Part shown: in pieces, positions 44,401 to 54,131 of the stretch
Layout: each line of letters opens with the position of its first letter
Position numbering within the stretch: the stretch's first letter is position 1
Assembly (NCBI GenBank): GCA_030141605.1
Contig: JAQGDQ010000496.1
Coordinates: 1 to 64,000 of the forward strand
Direction: 5' to 3'
DNA length: 64,000 nt
Source of the DNA: Tubiluchus corallicola
Taxonomy: Eukaryota; Animalia; Priapulida
Translations under genes and position numbers: made by a program
The notes under the pieces: model-generated
Told to the model about the DNA's origin: nothing
Database searches by the model: none
The model's input: only the letters and a program-made list of their open reading frames with translations

Positions 44401-46318
44401 TTATACACGCAAGACAATGCACAACGAGACAATACTGCAAATAATATTTTACAAAGAGTTTTATTCCAAAATACAGACGTTCGTCACGGATTTCTTCATT
44501 TTCCGCAAAATGCATGGATGTGAAAAGTTCCTATGCAATAAAGGTGCCCGATATCAGTATGAGCTGGTCGAAGAAGAACTGTTACAACATGACGAATGGC
44601 CACCAGTTAACGGACAAGAAACTTCATTGTCTAACACAAACAACATGAACAGTAAGCACTTTGTATCTGTTTTCATTGCTCTTTCGTCTTCTGTATTCTC
44701 TGCTTGATTTTTACCTGCATCATCTGTTTGGCTCTCATTCACACGTAAAGCATTTAGGTTACTATGAGCTTCTGGACGTCATTATAATTATCTTCTTTCA
44801 ATTTCACTTGCTATGTGCAAATGACTCTCCTTTGGTCTAGATATAACCTCAAGCAATGATGAATCTCGTAAAGTGATACTAAGAATATCTTACAATGAAG
44901 AAGGCACAGGAAACTACCAGAAAATGGAAACAGACGATCAAAGACATGCACTACTGAATAAGGACTCCGTGAAAAGCACATCGTATGAATTTGGCAAAAC
45001 CAAAGGTTTGTCTGTTTATTCGTTATCCATAAAAACATATCCAGCACAAAATATGTTAAAAATGTGATCAAGAAATCATATGCAACATGTTAAATAAGTA
45101 AAAATGTTCATCTTTATTGAAGATACGCTGAAAAGATTATATGACTATGTATTTAAAAGAATTAACATTCAACGAAATTAAAACTTTATAAAGCCAAAGA
45201 ACATAAATCTAAGCCCAGCCTCACAAACTTGCTGTCTAACAGCAATCGCTACTGTACAAAATAATTATAAATATATGGGAAAAATACGAAAAATGAGTCG
45301 ACGTTTTGCAACGGTTTGTTACCTATTGCAGAAAACGTGGCACTGTTATACTTACCTGACTGCAAAAAATAAGAATATTTTTAATGATCTCGATGAAGGA
45401 TATGCCCGTGACATTAAGATTTTATGTGAAAGATTAGGCGTTGTTACCTGACGACCAGAATGCTGGTCTCCATTTAAAACTCCATGCGAACTTGCTGTAA
45501 TCGTAAAGTTATAGATATTTTTATTTACATTTGCAATAAAATTGTCTTCCAGTGTCTTGGGATCAAAGTTCAGTATGAAAATTAAAACTGTATTATGCAA
45601 CTTGTAGTCTTCAACGAAAATTTGACGTAGTGGTAAAACAAATTTGAATCTTACTTACTGAGAGGATATTTCAATTACACCTATTTATAGGTACAAACAT
45701 ACGCATAATGCTGCCCAGGCTTTGTGAATATAATAACTAAGAGGGCCTATTAACTATTAGCTTCAACAAATGCTATTTTGTTCTGTACATTAATACCTGG
45801 CAACCTCCTGCTGAGCATGCATAGTGTTGAAGTTGATATATTATATTCTCAGGTTATACAATGCCAAGTTTCAAATTTGAAAAACCAGAAAGCTAACTAT
45901 GTACCTTGAAAAAGATAGCACGGTTTTTATTAATTTAAAGAGTTCGGTTTTTCGTGACGTCTTGCGCATGTTTGATCAACCAGCAACTTTTATCTGTCCT
46001 TTTTGTCTAAGTAAAAATAATATAATCATGTACACAAACACATTTGCAGTATATGTGGTGTGCTTATGTATATTCTGCATGCGCGTTTAACGTGGTGTTT
46101 GTGAGCAAAGTTATGACACTGTGAAGCGGCTAGCCGGTTAAAGCGCCCGATTGGCCACCGTTTTGCGATCCCTCTACTGAAAGTAAACTTTTTAAATTGT
46201 CAAACTTTTCGTAGATTCCGATGGAAAGAAGTTCAGCGCACCGGCTCAATGTGACGCAAATCAAAGCGATGAAACAACAGTCCATTTAATTAATTATGAA
46301 GGCGGAAATACCCATTGA
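6679..46318 (+). CDS. ATP13A3: P5B-type P-type ATPase, ATP13A3/ATP13A2-like putative polyamine transporter (32 coding exons, ~1288 aa; whole-gene span)
   Basis: Manually spliced exons: 6679-6694, 14125-14207, 17317-17484, 18420-18478, 19129-19210, 19757-19848, 26112-26186, 27351-27420, 29830-29964, 30598-30664, 31123-31268, 31669-31831, 32231-32376, 32781-32981, 33410-33616, 34052-34126, 35069-35228, 35674-35791, 36056-36180, 37678-37910, 37996-38118, 38841-38963, 39352-39461, 39658-39754, 40700-40772, 42255-42405, 42763-42914, 43737-43825, 44016-44099, 44477-44651, 44841-45005, 46215-46318. Total 3867 nt, all phases compatible, no internal stop. Motifs: [88 protein letters not shown]. Assignment to a specific vertebrate paralogue is approximate. 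Confidence 0.93.
7845..7875 (+). CDS. ATP13A3: ATP13A-like candidate alternative first coding exon B ([11 protein letters not shown])
   Basis: ATG ORF ending CAG|GTAAGC (strong donor), phase 1, compatible with the exon at 14125. Confidence 0.35.
8240..8730 (+). mobile_element. Interspersed repeat, copy 1 (unclassified, probably a non-autonomous DNA transposon)
   Basis: Co-linear similarity to 24200-24675, e.g. ctaacggtcatcg...agtttaaatttaca..gttttatacag and gtaagtgatataaaatttcaagac. Confidence 0.8.
11958..12450. repeat. Degenerate ~100-130-bp tandem array (~4 units) with GCCATCTTGAATTCAAAATGGC-type core, probably internal to a larger element starting ~10900
   Basis: Recurring aagtttcatgatga..cattgcgaa, aattatgttttcgctgtcatcttgaattcaaaatggc and aatctgactct. 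Confidence 0.75.
13625..13751. repeat. (TCAG)n microsatellite
   Basis: Direct reading of the sequence. Confidence 0.98.
14125..14207 (+). CDS. ATP13A3: ATP13A-like exon 2
   Basis: pyrimidine tract-acag|...[12 protein letters not shown]|gtacgt; resembles the ATP13A3 N-terminus (INQGQEDEM). Confidence 0.85.
14944..15638. repeat. Compound pentanucleotide microsatellite (CTCTG/CTCGG/CTCGA/CTCTA)n
   Basis: Direct reading of the sequence. Confidence 0.98.
17000..17255 (-). mobile_element. tRNA-derived SINE remnant
   Basis: Minus strand begins TAGCTCATAAG (A-box-like), then GGTTGTGAGTTCGATTCC (B-box) at tRNA-like spacing; 3' boundary uncertain. Confidence 0.5.
17317..17484 (+). CDS. ATP13A3: ATP13A-like exon 3 (N-terminal membrane-associated segment)
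   Basis: tttcag|[36 protein letters not shown]...VLLK|gtattt. Confidence 0.93.
18420..18478 (+). CDS. ATP13A3: ATP13A-like exon 4
   Basis: ttacag|[19 protein letters not shown]|gtgagt. Confidence 0.9.
19129..19210 (+). CDS. ATP13A3: ATP13A-like exon 5 (variable N-domain linker)
   Basis: tattag|...[21 protein letters not shown]-type linker|gtaagc; bridges phase 2 to phase 0 as required. Confidence 0.78.
19757..19848 (+). CDS. ATP13A3: ATP13A-like exon 6
   Basis: ttacag|[30 protein letters not shown]|gtaagt; NAGNAG acceptor. Confidence 0.88.
22900..23890. mobile_element. Foldback/MITE element with ~370-400-bp inverted arms (TAGCCTG...CAGGCTA termini)
   Basis: 22900-23330 is the reverse complement of ~23478-23890 with high but imperfect identity; spacer ~150 bp. 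Confidence 0.92.
23255..23321. repeat. (CA)n microsatellite inside the left arm of the foldback
   Basis: Direct reading of the sequence. Confidence 0.97.
24200..24675 (+). mobile_element. Interspersed repeat, copy 2
   Basis: Same blocks in the same orientation as 8240-8730. Confidence 0.8.
26112..26186 (+). CDS. ATP13A3: ATP13A-like exon 7
   Basis: ttttag|[24 protein letters not shown]|gtaagt. Confidence 0.88.
26405..27036. repeat. Compound purine microsatellite (GA)n-(GAAA)n-(GAAGA)n
   Basis: Direct reading; degenerate purine tail continues to ~27230. Confidence 0.98.
27351..27420 (+). CDS. ATP13A3: ATP13A-like exon 8
   Basis: ctccag|[23 protein letters not shown]|gtatgt (YGxNEI motif). 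Confidence 0.92.
27676..28255. repeat. Highly degenerate ~55-bp tandem repeat, ~10 units
   Basis: Recurring frame tttgtcatcaaacaaaaattgtgtcattgtcatccaatttttatctgctga. Confidence 0.7.
29400..29600 (-). mobile_element. Non-LTR (CR1/L2-clade) reverse transcriptase fragment, degenerate
   Basis: Minus-strand translation [16 protein letters not shown]...[21 protein letters not shown] matches the LINE RT motif YGIRG...CGVPQGSxLGPLLF. Confidence 0.78.
29830..29964 (+). CDS. ATP13A3: ATP13A-like exon 9 (M1-M2)
   Basis: [29 protein letters not shown]...; canonical splice sites. Confidence 0.95.
30598..30664 (+). CDS. ATP13A3: ATP13A-like exon 10
   Basis: tttcag|[22 protein letters not shown]|gtatgt. 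Confidence 0.9.
31123..31268 (+). CDS. ATP13A3: ATP13A-like exon 11 (actuator domain)
   Basis: [10 protein letters not shown]...CDAV...[11 protein letters not shown]|gtgaga. Confidence 0.95.
31669..31831 (+). CDS. ATP13A3: ATP13A-like exon 12
   Basis: VTKVPLP...[13 protein letters not shown]...AVVLRT|gtaaga. Confidence 0.95.
32231..32376 (+). CDS. ATP13A3: ATP13A-like exon 13 (M3)
   Basis: [30 protein letters not shown]... Confidence 0.95.
32781..32981 (+). CDS. ATP13A3: ATP13A-like exon 14 (M4 and phosphorylated Asp)
   Basis: [21 protein letters not shown]...[22 protein letters not shown]|gtaaat. Confidence 0.96.
33410..33616 (+). CDS. ATP13A3: ATP13A-like exon 15
   Basis: [14 protein letters not shown]...MATCHSL...GDPIDTKMF. 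Confidence 0.95.
34052..34126 (+). CDS. ATP13A3: ATP13A-like exon 16
   Basis: tttcag|[25 protein letters not shown]|gttagt. Confidence 0.85.
35069..35228 (+). CDS. ATP13A3: ATP13A-like exon 17 (nucleotide-binding domain)
   Basis: [20 protein letters not shown]...YVKGSPEMV. Confidence 0.95.
35674..35791 (+). CDS. ATP13A3: ATP13A-like exon 18
   Basis: [24 protein letters not shown]. Confidence 0.95.
36056..36180 (+). CDS. ATP13A3: ATP13A-like exon 19
   Basis: [23 protein letters not shown]...KTVMIT. Confidence 0.95.
37678..37910 (+). CDS. ATP13A3: ATP13A-like exon 20 (3' end ambiguous: 37829, 37859 or 37910)
   Basis: [17 protein letters not shown]...; three in-frame GT donors. Confidence 0.88.
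37996..38118 (+). CDS. ATP13A3: ATP13A-like exon 21
   Basis: [23 protein letters not shown]|gtaagt. Confidence 0.92.
38165..38275. repeat. Degenerate (GAT/GAC/GAG)n trinucleotide tract in an intron
   Basis: Direct reading; a similar tract lies at 37515-37580. Confidence 0.8.
38841..38963 (+). CDS. ATP13A3: ATP13A-like exon 22 (ends at a GC donor)
   Basis: [12 protein letters not shown]...[12 protein letters not shown]|gcaagt. Confidence 0.95.
39352..39461 (+). CDS. ATP13A3: ATP13A-like exon 23
   Basis: [25 protein letters not shown]. Confidence 0.96.
39658..39754 (+). CDS. ATP13A3: ATP13A-like exon 24 (M5)
   Basis: [32 protein letters not shown]. Confidence 0.96.
40700..40772 (+). CDS. 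ATP13A3: ATP13A-like exon 25 (M6)
   Basis: [24 protein letters not shown]. Confidence 0.93.
40975..41716 (+). mobile_element. Non-autonomous hAT-like DNA transposon with transposase N-terminal remnant
   Basis: 24-bp TIRs CAGGCTGCATAAGATTATGGATAT / CAGGGTACATAAGATTATGGATAT; four subterminal ATCCATAAAATAA repeats; internal broken frame from 41216 ([16 protein letters not shown]...[14 protein letters not shown]). Confidence 0.82.
42255..42405 (+). CDS. ATP13A3: ATP13A-like exon 26 (M7)
   Basis: [30 protein letters not shown]... Confidence 0.93.
42763..42914 (+). CDS. ATP13A3: ATP13A-like exon 27 (M8)
   Basis: WFEPY...[34 protein letters not shown]. Confidence 0.94.
43737..43825 (+). CDS. ATP13A3: ATP13A-like exon 28 (M9)
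   Basis: [29 protein letters not shown]|gtaagc. Confidence 0.92.
44016..44099 (+). CDS. ATP13A3: ATP13A-like exon 29 (M10)
   Basis: [28 protein letters not shown]|gtacgt. Confidence 0.92.
44477..44651 (+). CDS. ATP13A3: ATP13A-like exon 30
   Basis: ...[20 protein letters not shown]... (WPP is typical of P5B C-termini)|gtaagc. Confidence 0.88.
44841..45005 (+). CDS. ATP13A3: ATP13A-like exon 31 (C-terminal extension; may read through to the stop at 45067)
   Basis: gtctag acceptor, phase 1, open frame; AAG|GTTTGT donor. Confidence 0.65.
46215..46318 (+). CDS. ATP13A3: ATP13A-like putative last coding exon
   Basis: ttttcgtag|..[33 protein letters not shown]; phase fits exon 31; no homology support. 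Confidence 0.5.
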
Positions 46319-47642
46319 CTGAGCTCCTCTGACATACGAAATGCAACAAATTGAACTACCTGTTAGCCGTGAAACCAGACAACTAGGAGACAGCAAACAG
46401 CACAGTAACATTCAAGACGTATTAATGTCAGTGTTGCTGAAAGTATGTTTTAGAAGTGAAAAATATGAGATGATTCAAGAAACGTGACAGAATAATATGA
46501 AATTTTAATATTTTGCTAAGGAAAACTAAATAGCCATAGTAAGACATACTGTAAATCTACGTTTGACACACTTGTTGTCACACCCAGAACTGGCAGATAA
46601 CTTGCCAATTAGAAGATATGAAAAATAGGGCATACATCAAAATTGTGCATTTTACAATTACTGTTTAAAATATCGTTTTATTCAAGTACCATAAATTATA
46701 CTAAAATAATTACTGTTGTTTAGACGATAAACACCTATTTTGTAGTACCATTTGTACAGTTTAGAGTAAATTTAGTGTACAGAACCTGGGTTATGGCAGT
46801 TAAATTTACAATTATAATTATAATAATTGATTTCTATGATTGCCAAGACCTAGTAATCTAGTAGGTCTATATGTTGTTTTATTTATTTTGCATTACTGTA
46901 GTAGCAGAAAAAATACAATAACACTGCCAACAATATCCACTTGTAAACATAGATTTATCTTAAAATTTAAATGTTTCACACTTAACAGGAAATAAATGAA
47001 AAATGTCGCAGTTTTTAATTATCAGCGGTAAATAAAAATAAACAATTTCTCGCTATCTTGGAAAAGAAATCAAGTACCCATTTTTCTGACATCCCATTGA
47101 GTATAAATTAGTACAAATTTGCAGCAATAATACATTTATAAGCATAATAATTTGCAAAATGTACAGAATTGCAGCATGCTTATGTAAATAATAATGTGCC
47201 AGTAGACAAACTGTATTAGTATTAGAAATATTGTACAGAATACGTAGAGCTTATTACAGTATATAATATTTTACTTTCTAAGCGTAATAGTGTCTTATGT
47301 ATAGGTGCTAATCTTGCAGATAAGACGCAGTTTCATAGGAACAATAGGTAACCTTTTTTGTATGTGGACACGTACACTCTTATTATAAGTTGTTTGTTGT
47401 TATTGTATACTTAGCAGTTAGCTTATTTGCAGAAAAGTTTAATTAAAAAAAAGCACAAAAAATGATAGGATCAGAATATAGGATTACAGTTAATACTGTA
47501 TGTTTTAACAGGAATTAAAATGATAAATTTGAGAAGCATATTTCTGTGTATATTAATTGTGCCATAATTATTCATCAGTTACTATTGTTGTTAATTAATT
47601 AGTTTAGGCCTACGTTTGTTGACTATTGTGCTTGTTTTAAAG

Positions 47643-47997
47643 AATCCAGGTAATAAAGTCACAGAAAAAGTCACAGAAAAAAAGAAATGACCTAACCCTA
47701 AGATATTGAACAAAACCATTTTTTTCAGATACATAATTATGAATAGTGTTGTCAATACATGTATGTACAAGTCTTGTACTGCCAGTTAATAACTAATTTA
47801 TTAAATTTTTCCATTTTATTATTTTAATTGTCTATGATACTAAAAATGAATTGTGACTGACTTGAATTTTTTTGCTTGATTACCTATTTTTCTTTTCTGA
47901 TGAAAATCCTGACTCCGGCCACCATAAATTCTGACTTTTTCTGTGACTTTTTTCATAGGCAAAATTGTAATTTTCCTGTGACTTTAATAGCGGTCAG
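47643..47997. mobile_element. MITE with AAAGTCACAG(G)AAAA terminal/subterminal inverted repeats
   Basis: taaagtcacagaaaaagtcacagaaaa at left; ttctgactttttctgtgactttt and ttttcctgtgacttta at right. Confidence 0.65.
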
Positions 47998-50900
47998 AGT
48001 TTCGATGCTACATGGCAGTTTAAAGGAACTATAAAAAGTTAAGTTAAAACAGTGCTTACTTAGAAGCACGAATAATATAAGAAGCACGACTGTTTTCAGT
48101 CCGTAAAACTCTACACCACTAGGTTATTCTTAATTGTTTACAGCCCAGAATAAGTAATTCACGGAAAATTCCGGAGGTCCAGGTAATAAGAGTGATTCTC
48201 TGATATCACAGAAATGTCAACGTTTCTGAAATGCATTGATATGACAATGTTTGGGCTGCAGACTTTAAGCGACATTTTTAGACACATCTGGCAGGTAAAC
48301 GATTCCAGCCATATTTTCAAAAATTCACAATACCCAACGGGCGTGCTCATTTCACTTACTTTTCTAAAAAAGAAAACTCACTGACAAAAAAGCGTCCAAC
48401 AAACATGGAAAAAAGACAGAGCTGTTGAGAAAATAAATTGTGCAAATCTGTTATTGTATATATTAACTTCTTCGTACTTGGTAATTTGGTAAAAACCTTT
48501 AAACGTAATAGAATTCAGACTCCTAACTTTGCTATTCCCCTAAAATATATGCAATGTACAATAGAAACGTTAAGTTGTGTATAAATAAATTTGTTATAGT
48601 ATGTTTAAAATTAAATGATAGCACTAGTTAAACTCGGGCATTGGTACTGTTCTGCTTACATATAAAAAAGTGCACCACTGTTCAAAAGTATATCGTCTAA
48701 TGGTGCAATTAAGTTTTTAATTCTGAGATTGTGTGTAGTCTTAGTACGTTTGTACTTCCCGTGGCACAATATAAGTTTTTATAATGTGCTTAATGTACTT
48801 TTGTGACAACTTATTCTCAACTAAGTATGTACATGTGCCATGTTCAATTTGGTAACTTATTTGTCAGACTCTTTAATAAAGCAGTTCATAGATCGCTAGT
48901 TAAATAAAAAAATCAATGATTGTAACATGATTCGAACTTGCAGCATTCATTAAGTCAGATTTAACTCAACAAATTTGATCAGATCTTTTTAACTGCAAGA
49001 CAACACAAATTTCAACTCTAAGAAGGATTTAAAGAAATGCAACTGATTTCTTGCTGGTGAACTTGAGTCTCAACAATATAACCAACATAACAGCTATTGT
49101 TAATAACAAACATGCTAGTTCTTTATTGCTTATGTTTCCATGCATATTTGCGTTATCACCAGAGCACTTTAACAAGTCAAACAGAAATATACATTAAATT
49201 ATAAACTACTGAACCATAACAGCAGTAGCTGTCCACGTACGGGATATTTAGAAACGGTGGTTTGAGCGAATTCGGCATCAGATTGAGACAACAAAAATTC
49301 CCTTGAAAACGATTTATTATTTCAATTATGCAACGAGCTAATCCAAAGTCAACTTGATAACAAATAACGTGAAGTGAAGACAATCGTCAAAAACTTAGCC
49401 CCGTACAGGCGTACACTCGCCTTTCTGCCACGTGCCCTCTCCCCGATATTGCGGAAAAAGCCGAAAATGCACGAACAATTAAAATTTCGCATTAGCCACC
49501 ACGACCGAACGCCGCAGCACAGGTGACAAAAATCAAACTGTGGCAGCAACAAGTAGCATTCATCATTTTATAATTTAAAGTATATTACTGGCTGGCTTGC
49601 ACAAATACACTGATGACGAATCAAATCTGCATCGAAACATAAGTAATAAAGAATTGCCATACTGTTATCAACAATAGCTATTGTATTGGTTGCATTATTA
49701 AGGAAATGCATAAGAACACGATGTCATAGATGTTGGGTAAGTAAATGCCTAATGTGACAAAAAACAAGAATGCAAAGAAAAGGAAGCAATTAACAGTATT
49801 TTGCAGGACAAACAATGGTAAAATATTTTTTCCATTCCTGTCCCAAACAATGGACTGCAATTGTAAAAGCATGATTACATACTATAATGTCAAATAAACC
49901 AGAACAGCGCTAAGCACCGGATGACAAACAAAATACAGATGGTGATACAGAACACCACAGAGAAGCAGGTCTAGGAACAGTTAGAAGCACATACCACTAG
50001 GGTACAGAGACCAACATCTCTTGAAGCAAACTAGAGACTCATGTCCATGTTAGACTGAGGAGTAAATCTTGCTCGATCAGCAGGATTTTTTGCGTTTGTT
50101 CCGTCTTCTGACACTAATGTTGGGACATTTTTTAAATAGACAGGATTAATCATTCAGGGATATATTTGAAGTGAAATTACTTCAGTACAATTTAGTGAGC
50201 TGATGATGCAAAAAATCAACAGGCAGGTGCAGAACAGTCTCTTCTCCAGCGTTTTAATCTGTCATATTTTAAAAATCAAATAGTTTTGGCAGGCTACTGT
50301 GTTGCACATCGATCAGTAAACTCTGGACTTTTCATTCTGGTGAATAGATGTGTGTTGCCTCACAGACAAAAAAGTTTTGCTAAACACAAGTAACTTTCAT
50401 AAGAAATATGCAGATGCAAGGAGCAATATGTCTAAAACTTGTATGCAAATGCCTTGGCAAAGGCCTTGTAGACGGAGCATGTTGAAGCCACATTCCGTCA
50501 GGTCCACTGCAAGAAGTTAATGCATAGTTGGTCCTAATAATAATGTTCTGATATGGCCCATAAATGAAATTAAATTTACATCAAAATGTGATGCTTGCAA
50601 CAAAACAAGCAAAAAAGAATGACAGACTTTATAATTACATGTATAACCAAATTTATTATGCTAAGTAAGTACCTAAAAATGTAACACTAATACTTAATGT
50701 CAGCAAGATACAAGGGTCTGGGGAGATTCAATATCCATTAAAGACAAAGTAACGAAAAGTGAACTGTGAACTTTGAAAACTTTGGAATCAGAAATGAGTA
50801 TGAATTTTTGTAATGAGTGTCAATTATTAACAGTTTATTGTTAAAACTGCTAGGTGGAAAGTGATTTTGCTATGCTGTCTTTACCATAACATAAAGCGTG

Positions 50901-52694
50901 TAAACATATTCATAAACAGCAATGGATCCAAACTGAGACACCAGAAACAAGATTCATTCTAACTGACCAATCAGTTAATTTGATTAATTCATTAACATTC
51001 GTAAAATGTATATACAATACTTTATGGCAAGGGCACACAGTGTATAAAATATGTGATAATATAATAACAACAATGTCATGTATAATGCGATAATGTCACA
51101 GACAGGGCAGTGCATAGAAAATCACAACCTTTAATTACCGTTGACCTACATAAACAGTTTGTATAAAAGTATCACACTACGGAGCACATTTATTCAACTT
51201 ATGAAAAAATGTCGCTAATGAATTATTTTATGAAAAACACAATACACAACGTTTCAGCACAACACAACGCTATTTCAAGAATTCTTCCCACACAAAAAAC
51301 CCAAAATAGATCCAAATTATTCTATTTGCTTAAAATTGTTCTCAGCCTGTATTTTTAATGATGCACTTTCAGTGACCACTGTACTATAATCATTCTTTAA
51401 TAAGAATATTCTTTATTGACTATGTTTCCGACCATTAATAGAAACTAAAAAGGTAACTTTTTATCCTTTCAGTGAGAATTTGCAAACATTACACACAATG
51501 CGCTGCTGTATTGAACAGTTGAGCATCTTCATTATTGACCTTTTGTTCATTAAAATCCAAATCTGTATATGACATTATTGCTTAATGTGAAAAAAAACTT
51601 GAGCAATGACTGTGATAAAATGGCACTGTCTCAGATAAGATTTCAAAAGATATATGTACTGAAATTTCATTTGAAATAATTGTATCGTTTATCACCAAGA
51701 TCATGTTGCTATGTCAAAAATTTAGCCAGCCATTCTGTCAAAGTTACATTTCAACGAATATTAAAAGCAATAACACTGCTAAGGTTCCCTGGTTGTCCAT
51801 TTTTCACCCTGTCAATTACTGATTTTAGTGAAAATTTTTTCAGCTGTAGACTTGGACTTTAAGAACTATAACCTCTTAGATATTTCTTATCTATATGGAT
51901 AATCTACATTAAAACAGTAAATATTAACACGTACCAAGTTACGAAGAACGTTTTAACTAAAACCCTGCACCAAAAAACCCACAATCACACACTAATGCAA
52001 ATTACTGAATTTCCATGATCAATATGCTAATTAAAATCTTACATTTTAGCTTTAATAATATACAATAATCATTGCATTGCAAAATAAATAAAAAATGCAA
52101 ATGGTGGTATATACAACATATACTATACACATAAATACTTTTATAGCGATAAAAGGCATACTTATAATTGAGCGGACAAATTATTAGAACTTCAAAATAT
52201 TAAAAGCAATTATTTTGCAAATCAATAATTTATCAATAATTTCTTTGCAAATCAATAATATTTACAACCTGCATAACCATATTAAATTGCAAAATTTATA
52301 TTATATTGATTTAACATTTGTAACCTTTGTAAATCTGTGGTGCATAATTCTACCAAGACACATCAAAAGTTACTTGTAAATGTAAACTGGTACTAACGTA
52401 TGTTTCATTGCTACTGAATCGTTTGCCGCATTTTTGTGTCATCAAACCATGATAAAGAACATGGCACACCCACGAATGCATCTAGATTTGAAACATTTTC
52501 TCATGTTACTTAACAGAGCAACAATGAACCCAAATTCAAAAGTGACCATACAAAGAATCTATAAATCTGTATATGGGCAGATTTGTAAACACATAATTAG
52601 TGCTTAAGTTACTGTATCAATTTTTTTACGGGTCCGTTTATTCATTACCTGTTTGGCTTCTGTTAGCAACTTAATTAGTGCATAATAGGCTCTG

Positions 52695-52830
52695 CCTATA
52701 TAAACTGGTTGTATGTTTGTAATTTCACCACTGATGATGATGACAGCAGTAGTCTGTCGAAACACATGACATGATTTTAACGTTTAACTTTTTAATGTAA
52801 AGTTTTTAATAAAGTTGTGCTGTTTTTAAC
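52695..52830 (+). mobile_element. Penelope-like pLTR fragment with degenerate hammerhead ribozyme
   Basis: TATATAAA...CTGATGA(tgat)GACAG-loop-CTGTC-GAAAC...AATAAA. Confidence 0.55.
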
Positions 52831-52989
52831 TACGAATGCAATGTATTTTTACCACGATGATACTAACTGGTTACAATAACTGACAGAATGGATGACCATG
52901 CCAAAGGCTGTTCTCGAACTGCTTCACATATTTAAAGAGCTTACAGAGTGCCCTTTTTACCCAACTGACAAATGATAATAAAAAGAGAC

Positions 52990-53590
52990 ACAATATTACT
53001 TTTGATTCTCCAATTAAAGTTCAATGCGCTTCTCAGGGCAACTATAACATTGAAAAAAAACATTGAAAAAAATAAACTATGCGAGTTACTGTGAGGAGGA
53101 GGAAGGAGCATTTTGCTTTCGAGTCCTCCTCCAGATAAGTGAAACAATTGACAATTAACATTACATTTTCATCAGTTATAGCATACATTAGAACAAAATA
53201 AGTTTTGTTAGTAACTTAAGATCAGGATGAGTAAAATTGTGAGTTAATTATACCGTTGTAGTAGGTAATTCTTTGATGCTTTTTTAAATTGATAAAGATT
53301 AAGAGTTTTCATTTCACGCGGAATTGATGACCATATTTTAATAGCATTATATTTTGATGACTGTTTCATTATATTCGTTTTTGGAAGGGGGGGGGTACAT
53401 AGTTTTCGACTGAATCTCTTGTGTAATGATCATGTTGATTTGAAACTGGACTAAAGTATGACTGAAAAGCTGGTGGAAGTAGTGAATTATGATAGTGATA
53501 CATGAAATGAAGACAATACGTGTCATATATTTCTTTCACTTTAACAGTTTTAACAGACAAATAAATTATATTTATACTACTGGACAAGAA
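52990..53590 (-). mobile_element. 3' end of a CR1/L2-clade LINE (ORF2 C-terminus plus 3' UTR)
   Basis: VKEIYDTYCLHFMYHYHNSLLPPAFQSYF...HDHYTR, then KQSSKYNAIKIWSSIPREMK...FKKASKNYLL*; downstream GAGGAGGA/TCCTCCTC hairpin. Confidence 0.85.
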
Positions 53591-54131
53591 AGAAATCCAA
53601 ATCTGTTATAGAATGATTTTAGTCCATAAAGTCAATAAACAATTGCAATTGTTTCCATGACAACATGTATCGTCTGCTTCTCTAGGTGGCATAATTACCA
53701 ATTCAATATTAACAAAAGAGTGGACAGAAACTGATCGCTATCCTAGTCTCAACTAGGTAATTACTAGTGAATCGATTCTGTAGGCTTAATCAAATCAAAA
53801 TTTACAAGTCAATCAAAACAAAATTATGCAAAAATTTACACCACGCTTTACAAAGTCTTACAAGAAAGCTACTTATATATGTTTGTCTACACAGTTGACT
53901 CAAGAAACTCAAATAATACTAATACTATAAATAACATAACAACAGAGAAACTTTGTAATGGAAGAGATATGTGAAAACAGTTATAAAGTGCGTTAAAAAA
54001 GCAGCAACCCATTGTAGCAGCAACTGTTTTCTTCTCAGATCAAATTATGCCAACAGCAAACATTCCAAACAAACAGAAGAAACGCATCTTGGACAAATGG
54101 AGGGAACATGTCAAACTACGAAAATAAATGC

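Noticed and set aside
44925-44960. DDQRHALL as a dileucine lysosomal sorting signal
   Set aside because: The acidic residue is at -5, not the -4 required by [DE]xxxL[LI].
46990-50660. AATAAA hexamers as poly(A) sites for either gene
   Set aside because: Too frequent in AT-rich DNA to assign without 3'-end data.
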